From: an uncultured Gammaproteobacteria bacterium
GTDB lineage: Bacteria; Patescibacteriota; Patescibacteriia; JAHIZJ01
DNA: 64,000 nucleotides
Assembly: GCA_964371245.1 (NCBI GenBank)
Contig: CAYJKP010000001.1
Location: 251,042-315,041, forward strand
Direction: 5' to 3'
Positions within the stretch are counted from its first letter, which is position 1; every line of letters begins with the position of its first letter. The notes below the pieces were generated by a model. That model did no database searches, had not been told where the DNA came from, and worked only from the letters and a program-made list of their open reading frames with translations. Of this stretch, positions 57,705-64,000 are shown piece after piece. The position numbers and the translations under genes are program-made.

Positions 57705-58581
57705 CGCTATAGATAAAAAACTTCCCGGCGTGAAAAGAAACGAATTGATGTCGCGGCACACCACCTATCGTATCGGCGGACCGGCGGATTATTTTTATAC
57801 CGCGAAAACAACAAATGACCTCGTATCAGCGATAACGCTGGCTCGGCAACACCAGCTGCCGGTTTTCGTGCTTGGGAAGGGGAGCAATATATTAGTGGCC
57901 GACGCTGGTTTGCGTGGCCTAGTTATCCACGTTGATACCAGCGAACGCACGCGGAATGGCGACCGAGTGATGGTTTCGGCCGGATTGAGTTTGGGTGCGC
58001 TCGTCCAGTGGACGATTGAGCAGGGGCTGGTCGGACTTGAATTTGCTTCGGGCATACCCGGCACAGTCGGCGGCGCGATCCGGGGGAATGCCGGCGCGTT
58101 CGGTTCAGAAACGAAAGACGTCATTGAATCTATCGAGATTCTGACCGATTCATTAGAACGACGGGTGTTACCAAATGCGGACTGTCGGTTCGGCTATCGC
58201 GACAGCCTGATAAAGCACACTCATGACATCGTTCTGTCGGCGACGCTTCATCTGCACGAAGGCAATCGTGACGACAGCCGCGCCTTGGTAAAAGAATATA
58301 TGGACCAGCGGGCCTCAAAGCAGGATTATTCAATCCCATCAGCCGGCAGTGTTTTCAAAAATCCACCCGGCAATTTTGCCGCCAAAATGGTTGACGAACT
58401 CGGACTGAAAGGCACGCGGATCGGTGACGCCCAGATCTCACCGACGCACGCCAATTTCATCGTAAATGTTGGTCAGGCAAAAGCGAACGACGTACTTCAA
58501 CTTATTTCTTTGGTTAAGGAAAAAGTAAAGGCGAAATATACCGTTGAGCTGGAGACGGAGATACAACTCGTCGGGTTTTAG
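57697..58581 (+). CDS. murB: UDP-N-acetylenolpyruvoylglucosamine reductase
   Basis: 'LMSRHTTYRIGGPADYF', 'VLGKGSNILV' FAD-binding, 'AGSVFKNP' motif. Confidence 0.85.
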   Translation: MPDAIDKKLPGVKRNELMSRHTTYRIGGPADYFYTAKTTNDLVSAITLARQHQLPVFVLGKGSNILVADAGLRGLVIHVDTSERTRNGDRVMVSAGLSLGALVQWTIEQGLVGLEFASGIPGTVGGAIRGNAGAFGSETKDVIESIEILTDSLERRVLPNADCRFGYRDSLIKHTHDIVLSATLHLHEGNRDDSRALVKEYMDQRASKQDYSIPSAGSVFKNPPGNFAAKMVDELGLKGTRIGDAQISPTHANFIVNVGQAKANDVLQLISLVKEKVKAKYTVELETEIQLVGF

Positions 58582-58595
58582 TGGTAATAAAACAA

Positions 58596-58621
58596 GACGC
58601 GGAACGAGCCGCGCCTTTTTT
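58596..58621. terminator. Intrinsic terminator after murB (convergent with the 824-aa gene)
   Basis: GACGCGGaacgagCCGCGCC hairpin followed by TTTTTT. Confidence 0.45.
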
Positions 58622-58638
58622 AATACCCCAAGAAAACG

Positions 58639-61113
58639 TTATGGTCTGCCGAGACAGAGGATTGGATCGGTGCAGGTAAATGACGGTTTGGCGGTCAGCG
58701 GTCCGGCATTGGTAATACACTCCCCAGCGGTGTCATAGCTTTTCAGCGCGGCGTCAACGTCACTTGAAAGATCGGCCGTGCCTTCCATAAAGGAGGCAAG
58801 GAGATAGTCTGTCCCATTATCGCAATATATGAAACAGTCCTGGTACGTTTTATTGGCAAACGGATCTCCGCTCGCGGCCTTGACCGTGCAGCCGAGCTGG
58901 GATGCCGGCGAGAAACTAGAAGCGAGATAGGGTGTTAATTTTTCCCTGAGCGCTGACCAATTCTTTTCGCCCTCGACAAACGGCGTGTCGCCGGTGTCAT
59001 TGATATACAGTTCGAGCGCTGATTGAAATGTACGGAGGTAGGAGAGGCGTGCGCTGTCGCGCGTTTTCGGGCTGGACGTGGCGTCGCTCGGAGCGATGAC
59101 AAGTTTGCCGTCGCCGTTTGGATTGTAACCGTTATTTATTTCTTCGCCGTCTTTATAGCCGTCGCTATCGGTATCGTCTTTTTTCGGATCCGTACCGTAT
59201 ATTTTTTCAAGAGCGTTCGTCAAGGTGTCTTTATCATCATCAGCGATTCTATCCGCAGCTTCTTTTTCTTCCTGTGCATCTGCTACAAGCGACGACGAAG
59301 CAGATGTCGCTGTGTTTGTACCGTCGATATAATTTAATGATGATCCGTAGTCTGGCATGCCCTCGACCTCCTTCATTTGGTAGCTGAGCGTATAGCTGTC
59401 TTTTTTCACTGCATATTCATATGGCTTATTCGTATAGACATCGATAAAAGAAAGATTGTCGATAATATAATTGTAGCCAACGCATTCAAACGAATTTGAA
59501 GATAACGATGAATTAATTGAATTTACATTATTTGTATTGCCATTGGTATTTGTGCTCGTGTCTTTATTGAGGCATTCATTATAGCTTTCCTCTATCACGG
59601 TGGTTAGAGCCGAAAGTGTTTCTGGGTAGGCATTTTTTTTAGTTCTATATAGATCCAGCGCCGCCTGAAGATTCGAAATCCGCTGCTGTTGTGTTGTTGC
59701 AAGCACGGCTGCCTGACAATTTTCAGCCGGGATACCTGAAATTATGCAGACAACGTCATCCAGAGCTATTGTTTCATTTTCAGCAGGCGTTTTTACGGTC
59801 ATTGGCTGATTGACGTCTTTTAATGCGACGGTCCCAGTCAGCCGTATTTGCCGGTCTTTGAGATTTTCGTTCTGGGAATCAAGGGCAATTTTGTATGACA
59901 GGCTCAGCTTGGTCGGCAGCCAGTCTTTCGTTGAGAGCCAGAGGTCGATGGCCGCGTTATTTTTCAGTTGGTCAGTGAATTGTCGGAATTTTTCAGAATT
60001 AAGATACGTCATCATCTCCTGGTCGCTTGATAAATCCAGATCTGGATATTTTTCATTTAGGTATACCCCAAACGCCTGATACGTTTCAGCAGTTTTATTT
60101 GCATCGAACCACATCCGCCAATGCCGTTGCTCAACATCATTGATTTTTTCGTTTGCCAGTTTTTCTTTGATGACTATAAACTTGTGCTCAAGCGCGATGC
60201 GAAGTAGGTCCTTCATTATTTGCTGGCTGGACGTCTGATCCAGGGATGGTATGTTATTCCCTTGAAGAATAGAATTGCCAAGTTGGAAGTATGGGAAATA
60301 GGTATCAGTAAATGATGTCCGTTCAATTTTAATCCATTTATTGACGACCTGTTGGTATGACGTGCTGAGATCTGCGCCGGGTATGGCCGGGAGCTTGGTA
60401 ACTTTTACATAGGGGACTTGGTCGACAACTTTAAATTGGAGACCGGCTTCAACAGAAAGATCATTCCCCACATAACTGCCGCTCAATTCCATTTCACTGT
60501 TTGGCACCGTATTGTTGCTTCCAGCTGTATTGCCGAGACCGGGCAAGAGAAAACCGAGAGCCGAGTTTTTTGTGACGTCAGTATTTGTAGCTGCGTTCAC
60601 GTTGCCAGATTTATCAAACAGACCGGTTAGGAGAAGGTTGAGTGTTGAATCTTTTGGAAAGATCGAGGCGAGCCAGTCTCCGCTGGATGAATCATCAAAT
60701 GTATAATTCAGATTAGAATTTCCGTTTTGATTCGTATTTTCATCCGGCTGGAGCAAATTAAAATCAAGCGGCAGAACGCCCGCCTCCTTTGGTTCATTTG
60801 CAATGACGAGATCGTATTGATAGCGCCCGGAATTTATGGCGAGCAGGCTATCAAGGGCCTGGGAGAGGTTTTTTTCCTGATACTCTTCAACGACTGACGA
60901 TGTTATGAACGGTAGTTTAAAGGGGAGGATAATATATCCTTTGGTTGAGGCGAAGACGGCACCAGCGCCAAGAACGATCAGTACGGCGAACCCGATCAAG
61001 ACGTATAAAAAAAGCCGCTTCCGATTTGTGGGGGCGGTTGATTTTATCTTTGATAGGGAAGTATGCAAAGCAGACGGAGGGACAACAACGTGCGACTGTG
61101 TTGCGTTTTCCAT
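58639..61113 (-). CDS. Large membrane-anchored surface protein with two pseudopilin (GspG/T2SS_G-like) folds and Ca-binding Asp-rich repeats
   Basis: 824 aa. N-terminal TM anchor (no prepilin leader). 'RISNLQAALDLYRTKKNAYPETL' and 'RLSYLRTFQSALELYINDTGDTP' resemble the GspG/pilin alpha-beta core. 'DPKKDDTDSDGYKDGEEINNGYNPNGDG' TSP3-like DxDxDG repeats. Asn/Thr-rich linkers. Confidence 0.55.
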   Translation of the reverse strand: MENATQSHVVVPPSALHTSLSKIKSTAPTNRKRLFLYVLIGFAVLIVLGAGAVFASTKGYIILPFKLPFITSSVVEEYQEKNLSQALDSLLAINSGRYQYDLVIANEPKEAGVLPLDFNLLQPDENTNQNGNSNLNYTFDDSSSGDWLASIFPKDSTLNLLLTGLFDKSGNVNAATNTDVTKNSALGFLLPGLGNTAGSNNTVPNSEMELSGSYVGNDLSVEAGLQFKVVDQVPYVKVTKLPAIPGADLSTSYQQVVNKWIKIERTSFTDTYFPYFQLGNSILQGNNIPSLDQTSSQQIMKDLLRIALEHKFIVIKEKLANEKINDVEQRHWRMWFDANKTAETYQAFGVYLNEKYPDLDLSSDQEMMTYLNSEKFRQFTDQLKNNAAIDLWLSTKDWLPTKLSLSYKIALDSQNENLKDRQIRLTGTVALKDVNQPMTVKTPAENETIALDDVVCIISGIPAENCQAAVLATTQQQRISNLQAALDLYRTKKNAYPETLSALTTVIEESYNECLNKDTSTNTNGNTNNVNSINSSLSSNSFECVGYNYIIDNLSFIDVYTNKPYEYAVKKDSYTLSYQMKEVEGMPDYGSSLNYIDGTNTATSASSSLVADAQEEKEAADRIADDDKDTLTNALEKIYGTDPKKDDTDSDGYKDGEEINNGYNPNGDGKLVIAPSDATSSPKTRDSARLSYLRTFQSALELYINDTGDTPFVEGEKNWSALREKLTPYLASSFSPASQLGCTVKAASGDPFANKTYQDCFIYCDNGTDYLLASFMEGTADLSSDVDAALKSYDTAGECITNAGPLTAKPSFTCTDPILCLGRP

Positions 61114-61147
61114 TTTTATTTTGATTATTTTTTGTATTACAAAATAA

Positions 61148-61176
61148 AGTATATCATATTATTTCGAAAAAGTCAA
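61148..61176 (-). promoter_or_regulatory. sigma70-like promoter TTGACT-17-TATACT for the 824-aa gene (minus strand)
   Basis: Reverse complement of 61171-61176 is TTGACT, of 61148-61153 is TATACT, spacer 17 nt. About 30-nt leader to the ATG at 61113. Confidence 0.4.
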
Positions 61177-61194
61177 TATGTATTTTCTATGAAA

Positions 61195-61520
61195 ACCGCC
61201 CGAACTCGAGTAGAGCGCGGGCGGGGAATCTGGCAGACAGAGCTGTTGCCTACGGGCAGGTCGCGCGAATGCGATCGATGGCCGCGCTCAAATGGAAGCA
61301 GATGGCGGCGGTTCGTCTATCGAGGTGGCGCGTGGCCTGACGCAGGGCGGCTCGACGCCGATCGTTGGTGCTACGGCCAGCGTAGCGACTTCCAGGCTTC
61401 CAGGGCTTCCGTACTTCCTTGGTCTGTCCCTTCTTCATCGAGTCAACCCCCTAAGTCAGTCTTCCCTCCGTGGTCTGATGTCTAGCATCGATGCAGCACA
61501 ACTTCAAAAACAAGGAAGCG
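61195..61520. other. GC-rich structured non-coding island (candidate ncRNA), with 4 tandem CTTCC (GGAAG on minus) repeats at about 61386-61422
   Basis: About 325 nt of roughly 60%+ GC flanked by AT-rich DNA and two outward-facing promoters. Many short inverted repeats (CCGCCCG...CGGGCGG, GCGCG...CGCGC, GCTAC...GTAGC). Only an Arg-rich spurious ORF overlaps it. Class not identified. Confidence 0.25.
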
Positions 61521-61709
61521 TAGCATAGAAAAGGGATCCTGTCAATAGTTATAGCACAAATAAATAAAAAATAAAATATATTAAATCTTATTTTTCAAAA
61601 TAGTGGTTTCTACTGATGCGTACCACATCATGTTGTGTGAGAAATGCATAACCGGGTAATTTATAGAATAAACTTGACTTTTCCACATAAAAACTGTTGT
61701 ACCAAGGTG

Positions 61710-61738
61710 TTGACGAGTGTGGTTGAGTGGTGTAAAAT
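61710..61738 (+). promoter_or_regulatory. mraZ promoter: TTGACG-17-TAAAAT
   Basis: TTGACG 61710-61715, 17-nt spacer, TAAAAT 61733-61738, about 87 nt upstream of the mraZ ATG. Confidence 0.55.
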
Positions 61739-61771
61739 GGTATCAGAGTGGTTGAAAGTGGATAAAAGTGG
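61718..61771 (+). promoter_or_regulatory. Phased (T/A)GTGG direct-repeat array (MraZ-box-like operator) overlapping/downstream of the mraZ promoter
   Basis: TGTGG 61718-22, AGTGG 61726-30, then AGTGG at 61747-51, 61757-61 and 61767-71 with exact 10-bp spacing (AGTGGTTGAA AGTGGATAAA AGTGGGGATA). Confidence 0.5.
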
Positions 61772-61824
61772 GGATAACCCCATTGAAGTGTGTATAAGCA
61801 AAGTTATAAAAGAAAACGTTCCGC

Positions 61825-62256
61825 ATGTTTATCGGCGAATACCATCACACGATTGACGACAAAGGACGCCTGGCCATACCAGTGAAGTTTCGCGGCGATC
61901 TGACAAAGGGCGCCGTGGTCACGCGCGGGCTCGATAATTGTCTCTTTCTCTATCCAAAAGCGGAGTGGGAAAAGCTGGCTGAACGATTAGCCAAGCTGCC
62001 GATCAGCCAAGCGAACACCCGGGCGTTTTCCCGCCTGATGCTGGCCGGCGCGATGGACGTTGAGATCGATAAGCAGGGCCGGGTAAATCTGCCGGAGTAT
62101 CTTTGCAAATACGCGACCATAAAAAAGAAGGTCGTCATGGCTGGTTTATACAATCGGTTTGAAATCTGGGATGCTGCTGTCTGGGAAAAATATAAGCTCG
62201 GTACCGAAAAGAACTCTGGTGATATTGCCGAAGCCCTCGGGGAGCTCGGCGTCTAA
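61825..62256 (+). CDS. mraZ: Transcriptional regulator MraZ
   Basis: Two UPF0040 repeats: 'DDKGRLAIPVKFR' and 'DKQGRVNLPEYL'. 143 aa. Confidence 0.9.
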   Translation: MFIGEYHHTIDDKGRLAIPVKFRGDLTKGAVVTRGLDNCLFLYPKAEWEKLAERLAKLPISQANTRAFSRLMLAGAMDVEIDKQGRVNLPEYLCKYATIKKKVVMAGLYNRFEIWDAAVWEKYKLGTEKNSGDIAEALGELGV

Positions 62257-62273
62257 GCCGGTCAGCGTATCGT

Positions 62274-63260
62274 ATGTTTCACAAATCAGTCCTCACGCGC
62301 GAGGCGGTTGAACAACTCAACCTGCGGTCGAATGACAATGTTATTGACGGAACGGTTGGCGGCGGGGGACATGCCGAGGCAATACTTGATCAGACGGCGC
62401 CGAACGGACAACTGATCGGCTGCGATCTTGATCCGGCGGCCGTGGCGGAAACGAAGCAACGTGTAGAGCGATTCGGCAATCGCGTCCATCTGTTCCAAGA
62501 CAACTTCCGAAACATTCATTCGATCTATGGTGAACAATTTCCTCATCTTCCAATTCGTGGTTTTCTACTCGACCTTGGGCTATCATCTTTTGAGCTCTCG
62601 GATCGGACCCGGGGTTTCTCCTTTCTAACGCCTGATGCACCCTTAGATATGAGATTCGGCCAGCCGAACGGCCAAAGCGGTCGGCGGGGAGGCCGGAAAG
62701 AAAGAACAGCCGCTGATATTCTAAACACGGCCTCGCGCGACGAACTTTACAATATACTCTCGGAGTACGGCCAAGAAACTAATTCAAACCATCTCGCCGA
62801 CGAAATTGTCCGACAACGGCAAAAACAAAAATTCAAAACCGTGGGCGACCTGGCCGCGGCGGTACTCCGGGTATATACATATAAGCTCCATTCACATACG
62901 AAGCAGCCGCGAGTGGGCAAGCGCCATCCGGCCACAAAGGTTTTTCAAGCGCTGCGCATCGCGGTCAACGATGAACTGGCCAGCCTGGCGGCGGTCATGC
63001 CCAGCGCGCTCACCATCCTTCAGTCCGGTGGCCGGCTCGCCATCATCACGTTCCATTCCTTAGAAGACCGGTTGGTCAAGGAATATTTCCGACGGGAAAG
63101 CCGAAACTGCATTTGTCCGCCCGAAACGCCGATCTGCGTCTGCGGCCATCGCGCGCAAATACGCTTGGTGACGAAAAAGCCGATCAAGCCGTCACCATCG
63201 GAAATTGATGAAAATCCGCGCAGTCGCAGCGCCCAGCTCAGGGTAGTCGAAAAAATATAA
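62274..63260 (+). CDS. rsmH: 16S rRNA (cytosine1402-N4)-methyltransferase
   Basis: 'DGTVGGGGHAEAIL', 'DLGLSSFELSD', 'ITFHSLEDRLVK' are RsmH/MraW signatures. Confidence 0.9.
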   Translation: MFHKSVLTREAVEQLNLRSNDNVIDGTVGGGGHAEAILDQTAPNGQLIGCDLDPAAVAETKQRVERFGNRVHLFQDNFRNIHSIYGEQFPHLPIRGFLLDLGLSSFELSDRTRGFSFLTPDAPLDMRFGQPNGQSGRRGGRKERTAADILNTASRDELYNILSEYGQETNSNHLADEIVRQRQKQKFKTVGDLAAAVLRVYTYKLHSHTKQPRVGKRHPATKVFQALRIAVNDELASLAAVMPSALTILQSGGRLAIITFHSLEDRLVKEYFRRESRNCICPPETPICVCGHRAQIRLVTKKPIKPSPSEIDENPRSRSAQLRVVEKI

Positions 63261-63266
63261 ACACCC

Positions 63267-63635
63267 ATGTCAAAATACTTCTGGTTATGCAAACTGAATA
63301 AACAAAAACACGAAAAGGCACAGCCTCAGGGTTTCTGGCAATGCCTCTTTCGTTCTCGTTCGGCGGTCAATCTCTTATTCTTGGTTATCGCGATTGTGCT
63401 TGGTTCGCTGTACCTCTTCCAAGTCAATCGCACAGCCACGAGCGGGTTTGCTGTCAAAGATCTCAATACCCAAATAACGGAATTAAAAGAAAGCCATCAA
63501 AAACTTGAGTTGCAGGTGGCTGACCTTCAGTCGCTCCAGCAGATACAGTCAGCGACGAAGCGGCTTGAGCTGATTGCTCGGACAAAGCTCGAATATGTCC
63601 AGACGACAACTGGCGCTGTCGCGCTCGAAAAATAA
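63267..63635 (+). CDS. ftsL: FtsL/DivIC-like cell division protein (septum formation initiator family)
   Basis: Single TM (LLFLVIAIVLGSLYLF) followed by coiled coil (ITELKESHQKLELQVADLQSLQQIQ). Position between rsmH and ftsI. Confidence 0.5.
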   Translation: MSKYFWLCKLNKQKHEKAQPQGFWQCLFRSRSAVNLLFLVIAIVLGSLYLFQVNRTATSGFAVKDLNTQITELKESHQKLELQVADLQSLQQIQSATKRLELIARTKLEYVQTTTGAVALEK

Positions 63636-63660
63636 TGGTTTAACGAGGCGGTAATTTCTC

Positions 63661-64000
63661 ATGGCAAAGGTCTGGCGGAAACATTACTCGGCGCAACGTC
63701 CCCCAGCGCGGAGATTTGACCGATTAACGTTTCTCGCGGCGGCCATTTTTTTATTTTCTGGATTTGTCATCTATCGTTTATTCATCCTTCAGGTGATGCA
63801 ACATCCGTTCTATGCTGCGTTGGCGTCTGATCAGCACGATATCTATGAAAAACTCATCCCCGAACGCGGTGAAATCCTAGTTCACGACAAATTCACGGGC
63901 GATCGGCTGTATCCGGTGGCGACAAATAAAACATACCATCTCGTTTATGCAATACCAAAACAGATCGAAGATCCGAAAAAAACTGCCGACGCCATCGCAC
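63661..64000 (+). CDS. ftsI: Peptidoglycan D,D-transpeptidase FtsI / PBP2-class penicillin-binding protein (N-terminal fragment; 3' partial at window end)
   Basis: N-terminal TM (LTFLAAAIFLFSGFVIYRLF) and PBP dimerisation-domain start 'ERGEILVHDKFTGDRLYPVATNKTYHLVYAIP'. Runs off the window. Confidence 0.7.
   Translation, partial: MAKVWRKHYSAQRPPARRFDRLTFLAAAIFLFSGFVIYRLFILQVMQHPFYAALASDQHDIYEKLIPERGEILVHDKFTGDRLYPVATNKTYHLVYAIPKQIEDPKKTADAIA

Noticed and set aside
58639-61113. Possibility that the large surface protein, or the pilin-like genes, is a diversity-generating-retroelement target
   Set aside because: No reverse-transcriptase ORF (no YxDD-containing RT domain) anywhere in the window. 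No template/variable repeat pair could be recognised by eye. Cannot be excluded without a self-alignment dot-plot.
61063-61485. 140-aa ORF spanning the GC-rich intergenic island
   Set aside because: Extremely Arg/Trp/Ser-rich ('RRRDNNVRLCC...RWRRFVYRGGAWPDAGRLDADRW'). The start lies inside the 824-aa gene's leader on the opposite strand. Better explained as non-coding structured DNA/RNA.
61195-61520. Tested the GC-rich island by eye for RNase P RNA, tmRNA, SRP RNA and tRNA-like ends on both strands
   Set aside because: None of the universally conserved RNase P P4/J15-16 motifs is present. There is no 7-nt T-loop with a closing 5-bp stem or CCA end. Candidate tag reading frames end in RVA/RWP rather than (A/V)AA. 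No GGAA-capped SRP helix 8 is visible. The class is left unassigned rather than forced.

Overview
This 64-kb window is densely coding (about 60 genes) and looks like a compact bacterial genome fragment. Gene content fits a Candidate Phyla Radiation / Patescibacteria-like organism; that is an inference from gene content, not a database match. There are four blocks. (1) 1-22,500: a very large cell-surface glycan locus. It holds six GT4 and two GT2 glycosyltransferases (one a GtrB/DPM1-like polyprenol-phosphate sugar synthase), several polytopic GT-C/YfhO-like membrane proteins (one 5'-partial at the window edge), two Wzx-type flippases, three class I SAM methyltransferases, a CapK/phenylacetate-CoA-ligase-like adenylating enzyme, a DUF362 protein and a GalE-like epimerase. 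(2) 22,600-38,750: two hypothetical membrane proteins, a split dTDP-rhamnose pathway (rmlA-like, rmlC ... rmlB, rmlD) interleaved with a PfkB kinase, an Asn-rich secreted protein, adenosylhomocysteinase and a UDP-sugar dehydrogenase, then a PEGA-domain protein (minus strand), murA-ctpA-acyP-rplI-pyrG and a convergent rpmA. (3) 38,800-47,700: a minus-strand type IV pilus operon (pilB, pilC, two large pseudopilins, PilX-like, pilM, pilN, pilO, small membrane protein). (4) 47,800-64,000: a small membrane protein, a GT39-like mannosyltransferase, then a rearranged dcw block (small membrane ORF, mraY, P-loop NTPase, cupin, murD, ftsW, murG, murC, murB), an oppositely oriented 824-aa surface protein with pseudopilin-like domains, a 700-bp intergenic region containing a GC-rich structured island, and mraZ-rsmH-ftsL-ftsI (3' partial). 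No rRNA, tRNA, CRISPR, transposase, integrase or reverse transcriptase is evident. The most noteworthy unexplained signals are (a) a phased AGTGG triple repeat (MraZ-box-like) at the mraZ promoter, (b) the GC-rich non-coding island with GGAAG/CTTCC tandem repeats, (c) a roughly 50-nt intergenic motif present in two copies in the rml region, (d) a P-loop kinase plus cupin pair inserted between mraY and murD, and (e) the permuted/split dcw order.
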